Shown here in pieces: positions 24,081-36,519 of a stretch of 64,000 bases of DNA. Under the pieces are notes generated by a model. That model was not told the origin of the DNA and did no database searches. It saw only the letters and a program-made list of their open reading frames with translations. Source of the DNA: Eledone cirrhosa (Eukaryota); NCBI GenBank assembly GCA_964016885.1, contig OZ024741.1, positions 340,132,001-340,196,000 of the forward strand. The letters run 5' to 3'. The position numbers and the translations under genes were made by a program. The number at the start of each line of letters is the position of its first letter. The first letter of the stretch is position 1.

Positions 24081-24420
24081 GCGCGGGGACATAGAAATAA
24101 TCGGGCTGCATGCCCGATCGCGCAGTTAAACCACTGGGAGTGAAGAACCCTAGCCCTTGTCAGGGCATTCTTCTAGGAGAAGGCATCTCAGGAAACTGGG
24201 TTAACTCCGACATAAAACCTGCGGCTCAGTAGTTACCGATGATGTTGATCTTTTCTTCTTTTCGGGTTATAGCTACTGTCGCTCAGAGAGTGGGATTGGC
24301 TCAGTGCACAGTCTTTCCTCACTTTAAAAATATTCGTCACGCACAGGCATTGCACGAGTGCATTAATAATTATTAATAGTGTACTATTATTATTATTATT
24401 ATTATTATTACTATTATTAT
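24081..24420 (+). mobile_element. SINE-like repeat with (ATT)n tail
   Basis: Copy of 20863-21120 followed by a TTA/TAT microsatellite. Confidence 0.7.
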
Positions 24421-24421
24421 T

Positions 24422-27400
24422 ACTTTTGACATCGTGGCTTTATCTGAGACGAGGTTAGCTGGAGATGGTCATCTTACGGAATTTTGTGGAGAATATACAT
24501 TCTTCTGGAAAGGAAGAGATGAAGGAACCAGAAGAGAGGCTGGGGTAGGATTTGCTGTTAAGATTGTACTTGTGAACAAATTAGAAGAATTCCCAGTAGG
24601 GATTAGTGAGCGTCTTATGTCCATGAGAGTTCCGCTGGACAAGGGAAGATATGCTACCCTGGTGAGTGTGTATGCTCCAACTATGAGTTCTGTCGATGAG
24701 GAAAAGGTGTCCTTTTACCATGCCTTGAAAGGTGTTTTAAGAAATATCCCTCAGGCAGACAAAGTCATCGTGCTTGGTGACTTTAATGCTAGAGTGGGTA
24801 GGGATTTTAACACATGGAATGTAATCGGAAGGCATGGGGTGGGAAAGTGTAACAGCAATGGTATGCTCCTGCTGCAGATGTGTGAGGAGCTGGATCTGTG
24901 TGTTACCAACACCATGTTCCAACAAAAGAACAAATTCAAGACCACATGGATGCATCCTGCATCTAAGGAATGGCATCTTTTGGACTACGTCCTAGTCAGG
25001 ATGCGTGACAGACAGGATGTGCAGTGTGTTCGTGTTCTTCGTGGAGCTGAGTGCTGGACGGACCACCGCCTGGTACGCGCAAAAGTGAAACTAATCACTA
25101 AACGTAAAATCCGACCTCCTGGTGTTGCCCTGCCCAAAAGATTGAATGCTGCTCGTCTTAAGGATAAAAATGTGAAGAGGACATTGGAAGAAGAGATGCA
25201 GGCTGCAGATCTTGGTGAGGACTGGCCGACCCTTAAAAAGTTGGTTTATGATGTAGGCAGGCGTGTTCTGGGATTGGCGCAGAGGAAACATCAGGACTGG
25301 TTTAATGAGAATGATGTACATATAGAAGACTTGTTGGCTGATAAGAGGCGTGCTCTGTCACGCTACTTGACGGCAAAACCACAGGAGAGGAGTACGTTGC
25401 ATGAGGAGCTCAGGGATGTAAAATCACGTGTTAGGCGGAGTCTTTCTCAGATGAAGGATCCGTGGTGGAGTGAGAAGGCTGGTGAGATACAAACTGCGTC
25501 TGATTCCAATAACACAAAGCTGTTGTACAGTCTCTTGCGTGAGGTTTATGGACCGTCTTCTTCTCTGGTGACACCGCTTCGCAGCAAGGATGGCAAAGAA
25601 CTTCTTCGTGACTCACAAGGAATTCTACGAAGGTGGCGAGAGCACTTTGATGATCTTTTGAATCAGCCGTCTGTCGTCAGTGAAGATTTCCTCAATTTCA
25701 TTCCAGAAAGTCCCGCGAAAGTAGCTCTCGCAGAACCTTCAACGCTTGTGGAGGTTGCAGTGGCTATTTCGAAGCTGAACAGTGGAAGATCTCCAGGTAT
25801 GGATGGCATACATGCTGAGCTCCTACAATAGGAGAGACTCCTGCAACATCTTCACTCTTTGTTTGGCAGGATATGGGCTAATGAATCCGTACCTGAGGAC
25901 TGGAGAGATGCAGTAATGGTGGTTTTGTACAAGGGAAAGGGTAACAGGAACGATTGTGGGAACTACAGAGGTATATCATTGCTTTCTGTCGTAGGGAAAG
26001 TTTTATGTAGGGTGCTTCTGGACCGTCTGCTGACAGTCAATCTGGTTTTCGTGCTGGACGCGGCACTACTGATATGATCTTCTCAGCTAGACAGCTCCAG
26101 GAGAAGTGCATGGAACAAGGCTTGGATCTGTATCAGGTTTTTGTCGATCTGACAAAAGCTTTCGATACTGTTAACAGAGATGCATTATGGAAGGTTCTCC
26201 AGAAACTTGGTTGCCCTGATAAGTTCCTTGCTTTATTTAGGTCTTTGCATGACGACATGAAGGTTTGGGTTAATGTCGGGGGTAGCATGTCGGAGCCTAT
26301 CTCAGTAAAAAATGGAGTGAAACAGTGGGATATTCCAGCACCGACCCTGTTTGCCATATACTTTGCAATGGTTTTCTGTATTGCATTCAGGAATTGCGAG
26401 CATGGTGTTTACATCCGATATCGAACCTCAGGCAGCATATTTAAAATCAGGCGCTTTGCTGCGAAGACAAAAGTATTTACATCAATCATAAGAGACCTCT
26501 TGTATGCAGATAATTGCGATCTTGTAGCGCACACAGAGAGTGATATGCAGCACATTTTGAATGCATTTTCTGACGCTTGCACTGCCCTAGGTCTGACTGT
26601 CAGTCTCAAGAAAACCGACGTCATGTACCAACCTGCCCCTGGTAAGCAGTACACTGAACCAAACATCTATGTGTATGGTAAACGACTTGGAGTGGTTGAT
26701 CAGTTTGTCTACCAGGGAAGCACTGTCAATCGATACAGCAACCTTGACAGTGAAATCTCACTTAGGATTAGGAAAGCAAGTGATGCTTTCGGAATGCTAG
26801 AAAGGCGACTCTGGGGTCGGCGAGACATATGCAGGAGGACAAAGGTAAAGGTGTACAGGGCATGTGTGCTCTCTTGTCTTCTTTATGCCTGCGAGACCTG
26901 GGTCACATATCGACACCACCTTAAGCAATTGGAGCGTTTCCATCAGATGTGTGTCAGACGGATCCATGGCGTTCACTGGAGGGACCACATCAGTGATGTC
27001 AAGATTTTGGAAAGCTCTATGTGTGACAGTATAGAAGCTCTTGTGCTTAAGCAACGACTCCGTTGGAGCGGTCACCTTGCCAGGATGAAGGATTCTAGAA
27101 TACCAAAACAACTCTTTTATGGAGAGTTGGTTAAAGAAAAAAGACCGCCACATAAACCAAAAAAGAGGTATAAGGATTCCTTGAAAGCCTCTCTGAAAGA
27201 CGCTAACATCTCTGCTGATACATGGGAGAATATTGCTGCTGATCGTAATAAATGGAGAAAGACTGTATATGAGGGAAAAGTTGCCTTTGAGGCATCTCGA
27301 ATCGCATACGAGAAAGTAAAGCGGGATGTGAGGAAGGGCATTGCTGTTGCACTTCCAGACGGCGAGGGTCCTCCTATGGTGCTGACATGCAGCGTATGTG

Positions 27401-27692
27401 CGAGACTCTGCCTAAGCAAAGCTGGACTCGAAAGTCATCTTCGCAGTCATAAAGTAAGACCAGTGGTTGATTACCAGGCTGCTGTTGGAGATGCTACTCA
27501 TCATGCTTGCCAAACATGTGGTAGAGAATGTAAATCAGCAGGAGGGCTCAAGCGACATGCAAAAGTACACGAACTCCAACCACAGCCGACTATTCCCAGT
27601 AAATGTTTTGGTTGCCGACTCTGTGCAAGACATTTTAGATCATTGGCTGGGCTAAAAAGCCACATTCGATCGCAGCGCTGTTAGTTGCTATC
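24422..27692 (+). mobile_element. RTE-clade (BovB-like) LINE: APE endonuclease plus RT plus three C2H2 zinc fingers; stop at 25829 and deletion near 26037
   Basis: ALSETRL, YAPT, GDFNARVG, WHLLDY, TDH (APE); FVDLTKAFDTV, GVKQ, LLYAD (RT); CxxC..H..H motifs. Confidence 0.92.
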
Positions 27693-27772
27693 GTGTGTGT
27701 GTAGATATGCTTATGTGTGTGCGTGTGTGTGTATATATATATGTATATGTATATTATTATTATTGTTGTCGT

Positions 27773-30700
27773 AAAAACCATCCCTCCTCTACCAAAAGTA
27801 CGGTAAGTGGTTTTTCCCATCTTTTCCACTCTATTTTAAACATGACCTCACTCAGAATAGGCAGCATAAATGCGCGTGGCTTGGGGTCGTCATGGAAGCA
27901 GGGTCACCTGCTCAACGACCTCAGGTCACTAAACATAGATGTAGTGGCCATCAGCGAGACCAGAATCTCCGAAGCACGGGCCTTCGCACCGATCTTCGGC
28001 GGCTACGATGTGTACGCATCTCCCAGCCGTCCTGGATCCGGTGGAGGAGTTGCTGTACTTTTTCGGAGAGGTTTGGATCTCACCATACGAGCCATCTTCC
28101 TGGACCCAGAGGGTAAGCTGGTGGTGCTGGACGTGACCAGCGGAGACGGGCAAGCTTTCAGGCTAGTGGCCGTCTATGCCCCGACAGGAGCAGGGCGGCC
28201 TGATTTCTTCCGGCGTCTGGAGACCTTTCTTGGAACGTCGCGCTCTTTAGTGTTAGTGGGCGACTGGAACGGGATCTTAGATGCACGCTGGGACTGTGTG
28301 GGATTAGCGGATAGGGGTGGAGGGTGCAAGAGCCTCACCAACCTGCTCAGGCGTTTTGAACTGTCTGACAGGTACCGATTGGATTTCCCGAATGTGCCAA
28401 TGTGGACTTGGACAAACCGCATAGGGTCATCCAGATCATATCTAGATAGAGTATTTTGTAGGGAAATAGATAGGTCTAGCATAGGCTGTCCACAATTCAA
28501 GATAGTCAGCTACACGGACCACAAATTCGTGATCTGTGTGCTTGACTTAGATAGGCTTCATAGACGAGGACCCGGCTACTGGAAGCTAAACGCGTCCTTA
28601 CCAGCGCGCAAGGCCTACAGAGACCGGATTAGCGAACTAGTTAAGCGGGCGTTGACGGGGGGCCATCGTCAACAACAAGTGGTGGTTTGCTCTGAAAAGA
28701 GCGATTAGAATAGAATCGATTAGATTTAGTAAGGCTTTAGCAATAGAGAAAAATAGAGCAGAGGGAGAACTAGTTAGAAAATTAGACGAGGCGCTTAGCA
28801 AAGGCATTGCTACCGACGTGCTTGCGGCGAAATTGGCCCTTGACCAATTCTTCAATGCAAAGCACGAAGGCTGCGTTGTCAGAGCAAGGGTGCGTGCTCT
28901 CAGACACAAGGGGACGAAAGCCGTTCAATGGGCCCGAGTGGCGGAGGCGCGTCGTGGCAACAAAGCCACGATCCGGTCTTTGGTGGACCACGACGGGCGC
29001 ATGCTACTCGATCCCGGGCAAATGTGTGAAGCTTTTTAGCGACACTTCGCTCAGCTGTTCGGGGGCAGCGGTGGGCCGGGTAGAGGGATGGACTTTAGTG
29101 TCTACCTCGACGGACTGCCGCGGCTCTCGGCCACTGAGGCGAAGTGTTGCGAAAAGCCGATAACAGCCGCTGAAGTAAGGGAGGCAATGACTGGCTGCAC
29201 AAGGGGTAAATCGCCTGGTTTGGATGGTCTGCCCTATGAACTTTACGTACAGATGCCAGACTTGTTCGGAGGCCTCTTGGCGGACGTCTACTGCAACTGG
29301 CAACAGAACGGGAGAATTCCCAGTTCTGTGAGCCGAGGAGCGGTGGCACTGCTGAGAAAGGATCCGAACAAGGGGGATAACATAGAAAATTTCCGGCCCA
29401 TAACTCTGCTAAACACAGAGTTTAAGATTTTGGCCAAGGTGCTAGCAAAGAGGTTGGCGCTTGTCGTTGGTAGTCTGGTGGGAGAGGCGCAGACATGCGC
29501 CATTCCCGACAGATCCATCCACGACAACCTCCACCTCATGCGATACATCGTAGAGAGGGTAGCTAGGGAACCTGGCACGGGTGGGTCCTTGATCAATTTA
29601 GATCAGTCGAAAGCTTTCGATAGGGTCGACCATCGTTACCTAGCGGCAGTCCTGAGGGCGGCTGGCTTTGGGCCCGTCTTCAGAGGCTGGATCGCTGCCA
29701 TGCACAGCGACATCTGCTCTGTGGTGAGAGTGAACGGTCACCTGTCGGAACCGTTCAACATCATGCGCTCGGTCCGCCAAGGATGTCCCCTCTCGTCCCT
29801 CTTGTACGTATTGACTCTCGAGCCATTACTGCACAAACTGGAGACGTTGAGGGGGGTCCCGCGCGAACTAGGATGCGGAAGATCCGTGTCAGCATATGCG
29901 GACGATGTCACCGTAGTGGTGTCGAACGCCAAACACATCGAGGCGATCGGCACTACACTAAGAGAATACGAAGCGGTGACAGGAGCAATGATCAACCAGG
30001 AAAAGTCAGTGGGCCTGCAGCTCGGCACCTGGAGAGGCAGGTCCATGCCGTCCAACAGCGTCGTCGGGCGCTGGACGGACGGACCGGTTAAATTGCTAGG
30101 GGTCTGGTTCGGTCCGGACCTCCAGACGGACAAAAACTGGGACGAGGTGACGAGCAGGGTGGCTTCTCTCACCCAGAAATGGGCGGAGAGGAAGCTATCC
30201 CTGAAAGGTCGAGCGGAGGTGGCTAACGCGTACATCGCGTCTGTCATCTGCTACCGCCTAACCGTCGTACCTTGTCCTAAGCCTCGCCTGACTGCGCTGG
30301 AGCGTTTGCTCTTTCGCTTTTTGTGGAAGGGACGTGCTCCGATGGTCAGGCGGTCCATCTGTTGTCAACACCCGCTACGTGGAGGGCTGGGAATGCCGTG
30401 GCTGATGATGCGCAGGCACGCGCTCAGGCTACGACATCTCCACCTCTTCCTCGACGGTGATCAGGTGTGGTCGCCGTTTGCTAGACGCGTTTTTCCCCAG
30501 CTCGTTTCCTTGACGGAGCTGCAGTCCTGGGTCAAGCGAAGACCGAGCGGGAGCGCCTGGAGACTGGAATGTCTTCAGGCGCTCACAGCCCTCGACCAAT
30601 CGGGCAATGTGATCGGTGGAAACTCCACCTCGGCGTTCTATAGAGGATTAGTGGAGGGGAAGAGCGACGACGTACTTGGGGAAACTCTAGGCGTCGACGA

Positions 30701-31512
30701 AAATCAACTAGCCAATCTCTTCGGAAGAACTTTCGGGCCAGGGCCTATGGATAACTTCCAGAAATCTCTGGCCTGGCAGTGCTACCGAGGAGCCTTGCCA
30801 GTTCGGGATAAACTCTACAGGCATGGAGGTGCCGTCAGCCGGGCATGTCCGAGATGCGCGCAGGGCGACGAAACCGTCCTGCACGCACTCGTCCAGTGTC
30901 CGAAAATTGCTGACTTGTGGGTTTATGTCGAACACCTGCTGTCGCGTTTAGGACGGATCCAGCTATCATCTGAGTCTATCGTGAGGATTGCCCCGCCCTC
31001 CTCCTTTAGCCGGGAAGGGCAGGCAGTTTTTATCTGTCTGGTGGCCATGGCGAAAGAGATAGTATGGTGGACACGTTTGAAAGGGCTGAAGACGAGCACT
31101 TACCTCTTCGGTGATGCTCTGATTGACTTTTTCAAATTTCATTTGAAAAGGAAAATCAGAGTAGAGAAGGAAGTGCTCTCTTCCCAGCATTTTGTTGAAA
31201 GATGGGTGAGAGAAGCAAGAATGGCCCGAGTGAATGGGCCGACTCTGAGTATATATCTGTAAACTAAAGGTGGAAAACTGGGAGAGGGCACTTGCCTTGG
31301 TGGTCAGGGTCATTGTGGCTTTTTACTGGGCTTTCTCCACAAATGTCCCTCCGAAGTCTGCCCCCTATTGGGGAATTTTTCATTGTTATTTTTTGTTACA
31401 TCCTCTGTTTTTGTTTTTTACACGCAGAAATGCCCATTTGTACCGTCCTGCATTGTCCTGCACTGTCCTTAATGTCTACTTTATGTAAACCCTTGTGGTT
31501 AATAAAGAAATC
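27773..31512 (+). mobile_element. Tx1/L1-clade LINE, ORF2 only, with 17-bp TSD
   Basis: TSD attattattgttgtcgt at 27756-27772 and 31513-31529; AATAAA at 31501. Confidence 0.92.
27842..31262 (+). pseudogene. Tx1 ORF2 (APE-RT-CCHC) with a +1 frameshift (G6 at 28657-28662) and TAG at 29037
   Basis: INARGL, SET, GDWN, SYLD, TDH; LDQSKAFDRV, VRQGCPLS, YADD; CPRC..ETVLHALVQC. Confidence 0.9.
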
Positions 31513-31578
31513 ATTATTATTGTTGTCGTTATTATTATTGTTGTTATTATTATTATTATTATTAATGTTATTAATGTA

Positions 31579-31609
<31 letters not shown>

Positions 31610-31618
31610 ATATGTATG

Positions 31619-31663
<45 letters not shown>

Positions 31664-31764
31664 CTTTTTTTTTTTTTTTTTTATTTCTCCTCGTGCAATG
31701 GCCATACTCGATAACGAGGGGGCAGCCATCATATATATATAGAGAGATATAGATATAGATATAT

Positions 31765-31837
<73 letters not shown>

Positions 31838-32224
31838 TATATAGATATATATAGATATAGATATAGATATATATATAGGACGCAGTTTGTCGAATAGAAT
31901 GGACACCGCTTCGGTCGTTTTCTCACTCGCTCAATAATTCTATTAAGTACGTATTATTAAAATGCACACTCAGTGGCTTAGTGTGTACACATACGTTAAA
32001 CAATAAGCGATATGTCTTTGTGTTGGTACATTTATATCTAATTATTTATTGATGGTATGGTTCACTAGTTTCAGAAATGAAAACTAACACTATGAGCTAT
32101 CGATTCTAGAGTCCTTGTCTTCTTATTATCATCATTATTATCATCAACATTATCATTATTATTATGAATTTGATGTTATTCAACGGTAAAATTTGCAACG
32201 GTAAAATTTACTACTCGCAGCCTC

Positions 32225-33190
32225 AGATATTCAGAATGTATCGGAAGATGCTTGCTGTTCCCCGTAGACATGCCCTTTGAAAAACGGACTGGGGTAATGG
32301 TCTTTAGCCAGCCTTGAAAACTCTTCAAGACAGTGCTCTTATGACGATGGGGACCACCTTAATCGCATGTCAGTCAAAAATCATTTTCAGTTCTCACTTT
32401 AGATCCTTGTACCGGTTAATTGTATCCCTCATCTTTTTCTTCCGCTCCTTTGTCAAATGGGCAAGATATATCTATAATCAAGCAAGATCTTTTTTCTTTG
32501 TCAAAAACTACCAAGTCAGGCCTATTGTGTTGTAATACTTTATCTGCTTATATTCTGAAATCCCACAACTTCACTCGATCATTTTCCATCATTTATCCTC
32601 ATGCCACTTGTGGCATACAGTTTGCATAAATGAGACTGGGCTATGTGTTTACACTCAGATCGATGTGGGCCACAGTTTCCCCTCTCTTTCCACAGATCCT
32701 ACAGATTTGGCTAGCTTTTTCCTTGTCATTAAGATGTTTCGTTCACTGCGGTCTCAGGGCTTGCTTCTGTGCAGCCAGTAGCATACCATCTGTAGTTTTC
32801 TTAAGGTCCCATTTCTTTTACCAGTCCCATATCTGAGGATCTTTGAATTCTGTGTTCTTCAAGAAGAGCTTTTTCATTCAGGTTATTCATTCTTTTTGCC
32901 ATTACTGCTTTTTGGGGCATCCTCTGGTCTATTATCTCCTCCTTCAATACAGCCTTAAGCATTGGATCGTTACTCTCAGACACATATTTATGTAAACAAC
33001 GCTTCTCCATCTGAATAATCCTCCATGCTAAGACTCTCCCGCCTTCAACTCTCTTTAAGTACAGTCTGTCAACATCACACTTCTAATGAAACATACTGTA
33101 GGTAACCATCAATTTCCTTGACTTTCTATCCAGTTCTTTTTTCTCGTTTACATATCATTTAAGAATTCCTACACCGTACCTAATAATCGT
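32225..33190 (-). mobile_element. Decayed R4/Dong-clade 3' fragment
   Basis: VDRLYLKRVEGGR-like, ETVAHI, RPDLV and VVPIVI..L remnants on the minus strand. Confidence 0.7.
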
Positions 33191-33191
33191 T

Positions 33192-34753
33192 TCTTATTTA
33201 GGCACATGGCCAACAAAGTGAGGGAAAAGTCGATTAAATCGACCTCAGTGCATTACTGGGACTTTCTTTGATCAACCCCATAAGGATGACAGGCAAAGCT
33301 AACCTCAGTGGGATTTGAACTCAGACCGTAAAGGGCGGTAACTCTATACTATTATGCATGCTGTCAGACGTTCTACCGATACTGCTAATCCACCACCCTT
33401 ATCGTACCTAATAAGACATTATTTGGGAATGTATTGTACTTCTGGCATTCCTACTATTCAGATATGATTTTAGTATTTTTCTCACCCACCTTGTGTTCAG
33501 ATCTTATCATCTTCTTCATGTTATTGCCCTTGATGTTATCTGCCTCCAAAACACAAAACATTTTTACAAATGCTTCTGTGTTAGTTGTGCTGGAAGTGTT
33601 GGTGGTAATGGATTAGGTGCAATTGCGTACGTGATGTGTCAGCAATGATGCTCATATGGATTTGTTTCATGTTACTGACTGCTTGTTTTGACTGGTTCAA
33701 GGTCAGCAACATTAGTCTATAAATTGATTGATGTTTCTTCTTCCTTTGAAGTCGATAAGGCTGCTGTTATTATCATTATTATACATGGATTGACAGTATC
33801 GGTACAGCGTGGACCACATGCTTTGCGGCATATAGTTTCGGTTATTTACGTTCTGAGTTCGAATCCCGCCGTTGTTAGCTTTGCTTTTCATCCATACGAG
33901 ATCGATAAAATAAAGTAACAGTAATGCTCCCCAGTAATGAACCCCAGTGCTTTAATTGGCTTTGCGTCACTCCCCAAAAAATTGTTGGCCATGTGCCTAA
34001 ATCAGAAACCATTATTATTGCTTTGACGCATAGAGTTACGGCCCTTGCCATTCTGAGTTCAAATCCCGCCGAGGTTAACTTTGCCTTTCATCCTTACGGG
34101 GTCGATAAAATAAAGTACCAGTAATACACTGAGATAATTGCTGGCCTTGTGCCAAAAGTAGAAACAATTATTATTGTTGTTGTTGTTACTGCTGTCTGTG
34201 ACAGTGGCGGTATTTTTAATGTCTGCCATGGTGTTAGTGCTATTACGGGTGGCAATACAATCATATTTTACTGTTCTGTTCTGTGGACGTGGAGTGGGCA
34301 CTTGCCTCGACTTGTAAAAAATTTTAAGAGGGCACAAATTTAGAATATAAACATTAGATTTTTGGTCCACAGGCCAAAGACCCAAATACTATGGAGTCAC
34401 ACTTCTTGAAAGCAAAGCCTGATGCTATATTCCCCTTTGCAAGACGAGTTATATCATAACAAGCGTTTCAAACATGTAAAAATGACAAACTTACAGGAGC
34501 GATCCACTTGTCACATAGCATTTGTTACTAGTGATGTAATTAATATTTTGCCAGTATTGGTAGATTATCGGACACCCTGCTTCGCGGCAGAGAGTTATGG
34601 TCCTTTACGCTCTGAGTTCAAATCCCGCCGAGGTTAGCTTTGCATTTCAGCCTTACGGTACCGATAAAATAAAGCACCAGTAATGCACTGGGGTAGATTT
34701 AATCGACTTTCCCTTCCCCAAAATATTGCTGGCCTTGTACCTAAATCAGAAAT
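33192..34753. mobile_element. Cluster of tRNA-derived SINE copies (33192-33398 -, 33787-34015 +, 34020-34172 +, 34556-34753 +)
   Basis: Repeated ctgagttcaaatcccgccgaggttaactttgcctttcatcc core. Confidence 0.8.
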
Positions 34754-34829
34754 CCTTTTTTTTTTTTTTCATTTATCTTTTTTCATTTATCTTGCTTACG
34801 AATTATCACCAAGTCACAACCAGTGACAT

Positions 34830-35900
34830 CAAGAGACAACAGGGTCCGCCATGTTCAAGAAAGAACACATACACACACACATGTATCTTTAGGTGTTTAG
34901 ACTTGTGATGTACTTATATTGACAGAATCTTCCTTAGTATATGGAGAGTTCCCATTAGTACTATCTTTTGTATTTCTTCTATACACAGATTTCCTGGGAT
35001 TTGGGATAAGTAATCATTGGGACACTTATGCATCATTCCTAGAGCGCCTACAACCACTGGTATTGCTTTAGTTCTCAACTTCCACATGTTTCCAATCTCT
35101 ATCTCCAGGTCTTTATACTTGCTCAATTTTTCAAATGTTTTTATAGATCCATTCTTGTCTATAGGAACGGACATGTCAATTAGCAGGCATACCCTCTTTT
35201 TAAAGTCCTTCAGTGTTATATCAGGTCTATTTGCATCTATTTTTCGGTCTGTTTAGATGCTAAAGTTCCACAAAATTGAGATGTGACCTTTTTCAAGTAC
35301 GGGAGGTGGTTGATGCCCCCACCAATTATTTTGGTGGGGCAGGTCAAAATGCTTACACATTACTCAATGTGTGTATAGTGTAGCTCTGTCGTGCCTGTTT
35401 AGGTATTTGGTTGGAGCTATTGGACTGCACATTGAAATTATATGATCAATGGGCTCTGGTTGTTTTTTACATACACGGCATAATGAGTTGCATCCATTTT
35501 TTATGATGTTGGCTTGATAAATTTTTGTTGACAGACATTGATCTTGTGCTGATATAATCAGTCCTTCAGTCTCCGATTTCAGTCCAGAGGATACCAACCA
35601 CTGATGGATTTTGTCAAAACGTTTTGTTAACATCAGGGTTGTTAGCTCTTTCTGAGTATTTTCAATACAGAGGCTTTTCTTGCTATTTCTTAGCCAGTTT
35701 CTATATGAGTTCTTTCTTTGCAGTTACTTTTACCTGCTTTGCTTTTTCTGTGCTTTTCATTTCAGCAATAAAGGGAACGTCTGAAATTTGTTGTTCATTA
35801 TTGTATATATGTGCATCTTTTGTAATAGAGTATGATCTTTTGTTGGTTTCATGTTTCAAAACGAATTTGGTCATCCAATTATGTGCTTGATAAACGTTTA
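34830..35900 (-). mobile_element. R4/Dong-clade 3' fragment (CCHC plus RLE)
   Basis: TEGLIISAQDQ, CRVC..IDHIISMC, IDMSVP..EKLSKYKDL..IPVVVGALG. Confidence 0.85.
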
Positions 35901-36077
35901 TCAATCTTGATAAACGCTAACGAGTGAGAAACAGGACTGTGATCACTTCTTTGCTTTTGCCGAGAATAAGTAAGTGACATAGTCACTACTTTAAAACTCA
36001 TAGCGAATGGTCTTCAAAATGTTTTTTAATTAAACATACGGTATATTGCCAAATATACTATACATACATTCATATAT

Positions 36078-36362
36078 ATGGATCTCTATGGCAATATACC
36101 ACCTATCAGCAGGTCAATACGTGGACAGAGACTCAGATTTGCTGGCCACTGTTGGCGCAGCAAGGAAGAGATAGCAGGTGATGTGTTGTTATGGAGTCCA
36201 TCTCATGGAGCAAGAAACGCTGGTCGTCCCAAGAAGACATACGTCAAGCAACTTGAGGACGATACTGGATGCACTGCGGAAGAAATAGCAAACGCTATGA
36301 GAGACAGAGATGGATGGAGGAAACGTGTCGTAGAAAGCCGAGAAAGCTCGACCTGATGATGA

Positions 36363-36366
<4 letters not shown>
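36078..36366 (+). mobile_element. RTE LINE 3' end with (GAT)n tail
   Basis: RLRFAGHCWR...GRPKKTYV...AMRDRDGWR. Confidence 0.82.
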
Positions 36367-36399
<33 letters not shown>

Positions 36400-36437
36400 C
36401 AAAGTTTAGTCATACATTATTATTAAATCATTTAATA

Positions 36438-36507
36438 GATTTACGAATGTTTCACTAGGCTACCAGGAATGAAGAGTCCATTCCTGTAAGAATAGTTCAT
36501 CAGAATC
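36438..36507 (-). ncRNA. Type-I hammerhead ribozyme
   Basis: gatt-CTGATGA-actattcttacaggaatggactcttcattcctggtagcctagt-GAAA-cattcg-TA-aatc. Confidence 0.75.
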
Positions 36508-36519
36508 AATTAAATATAA

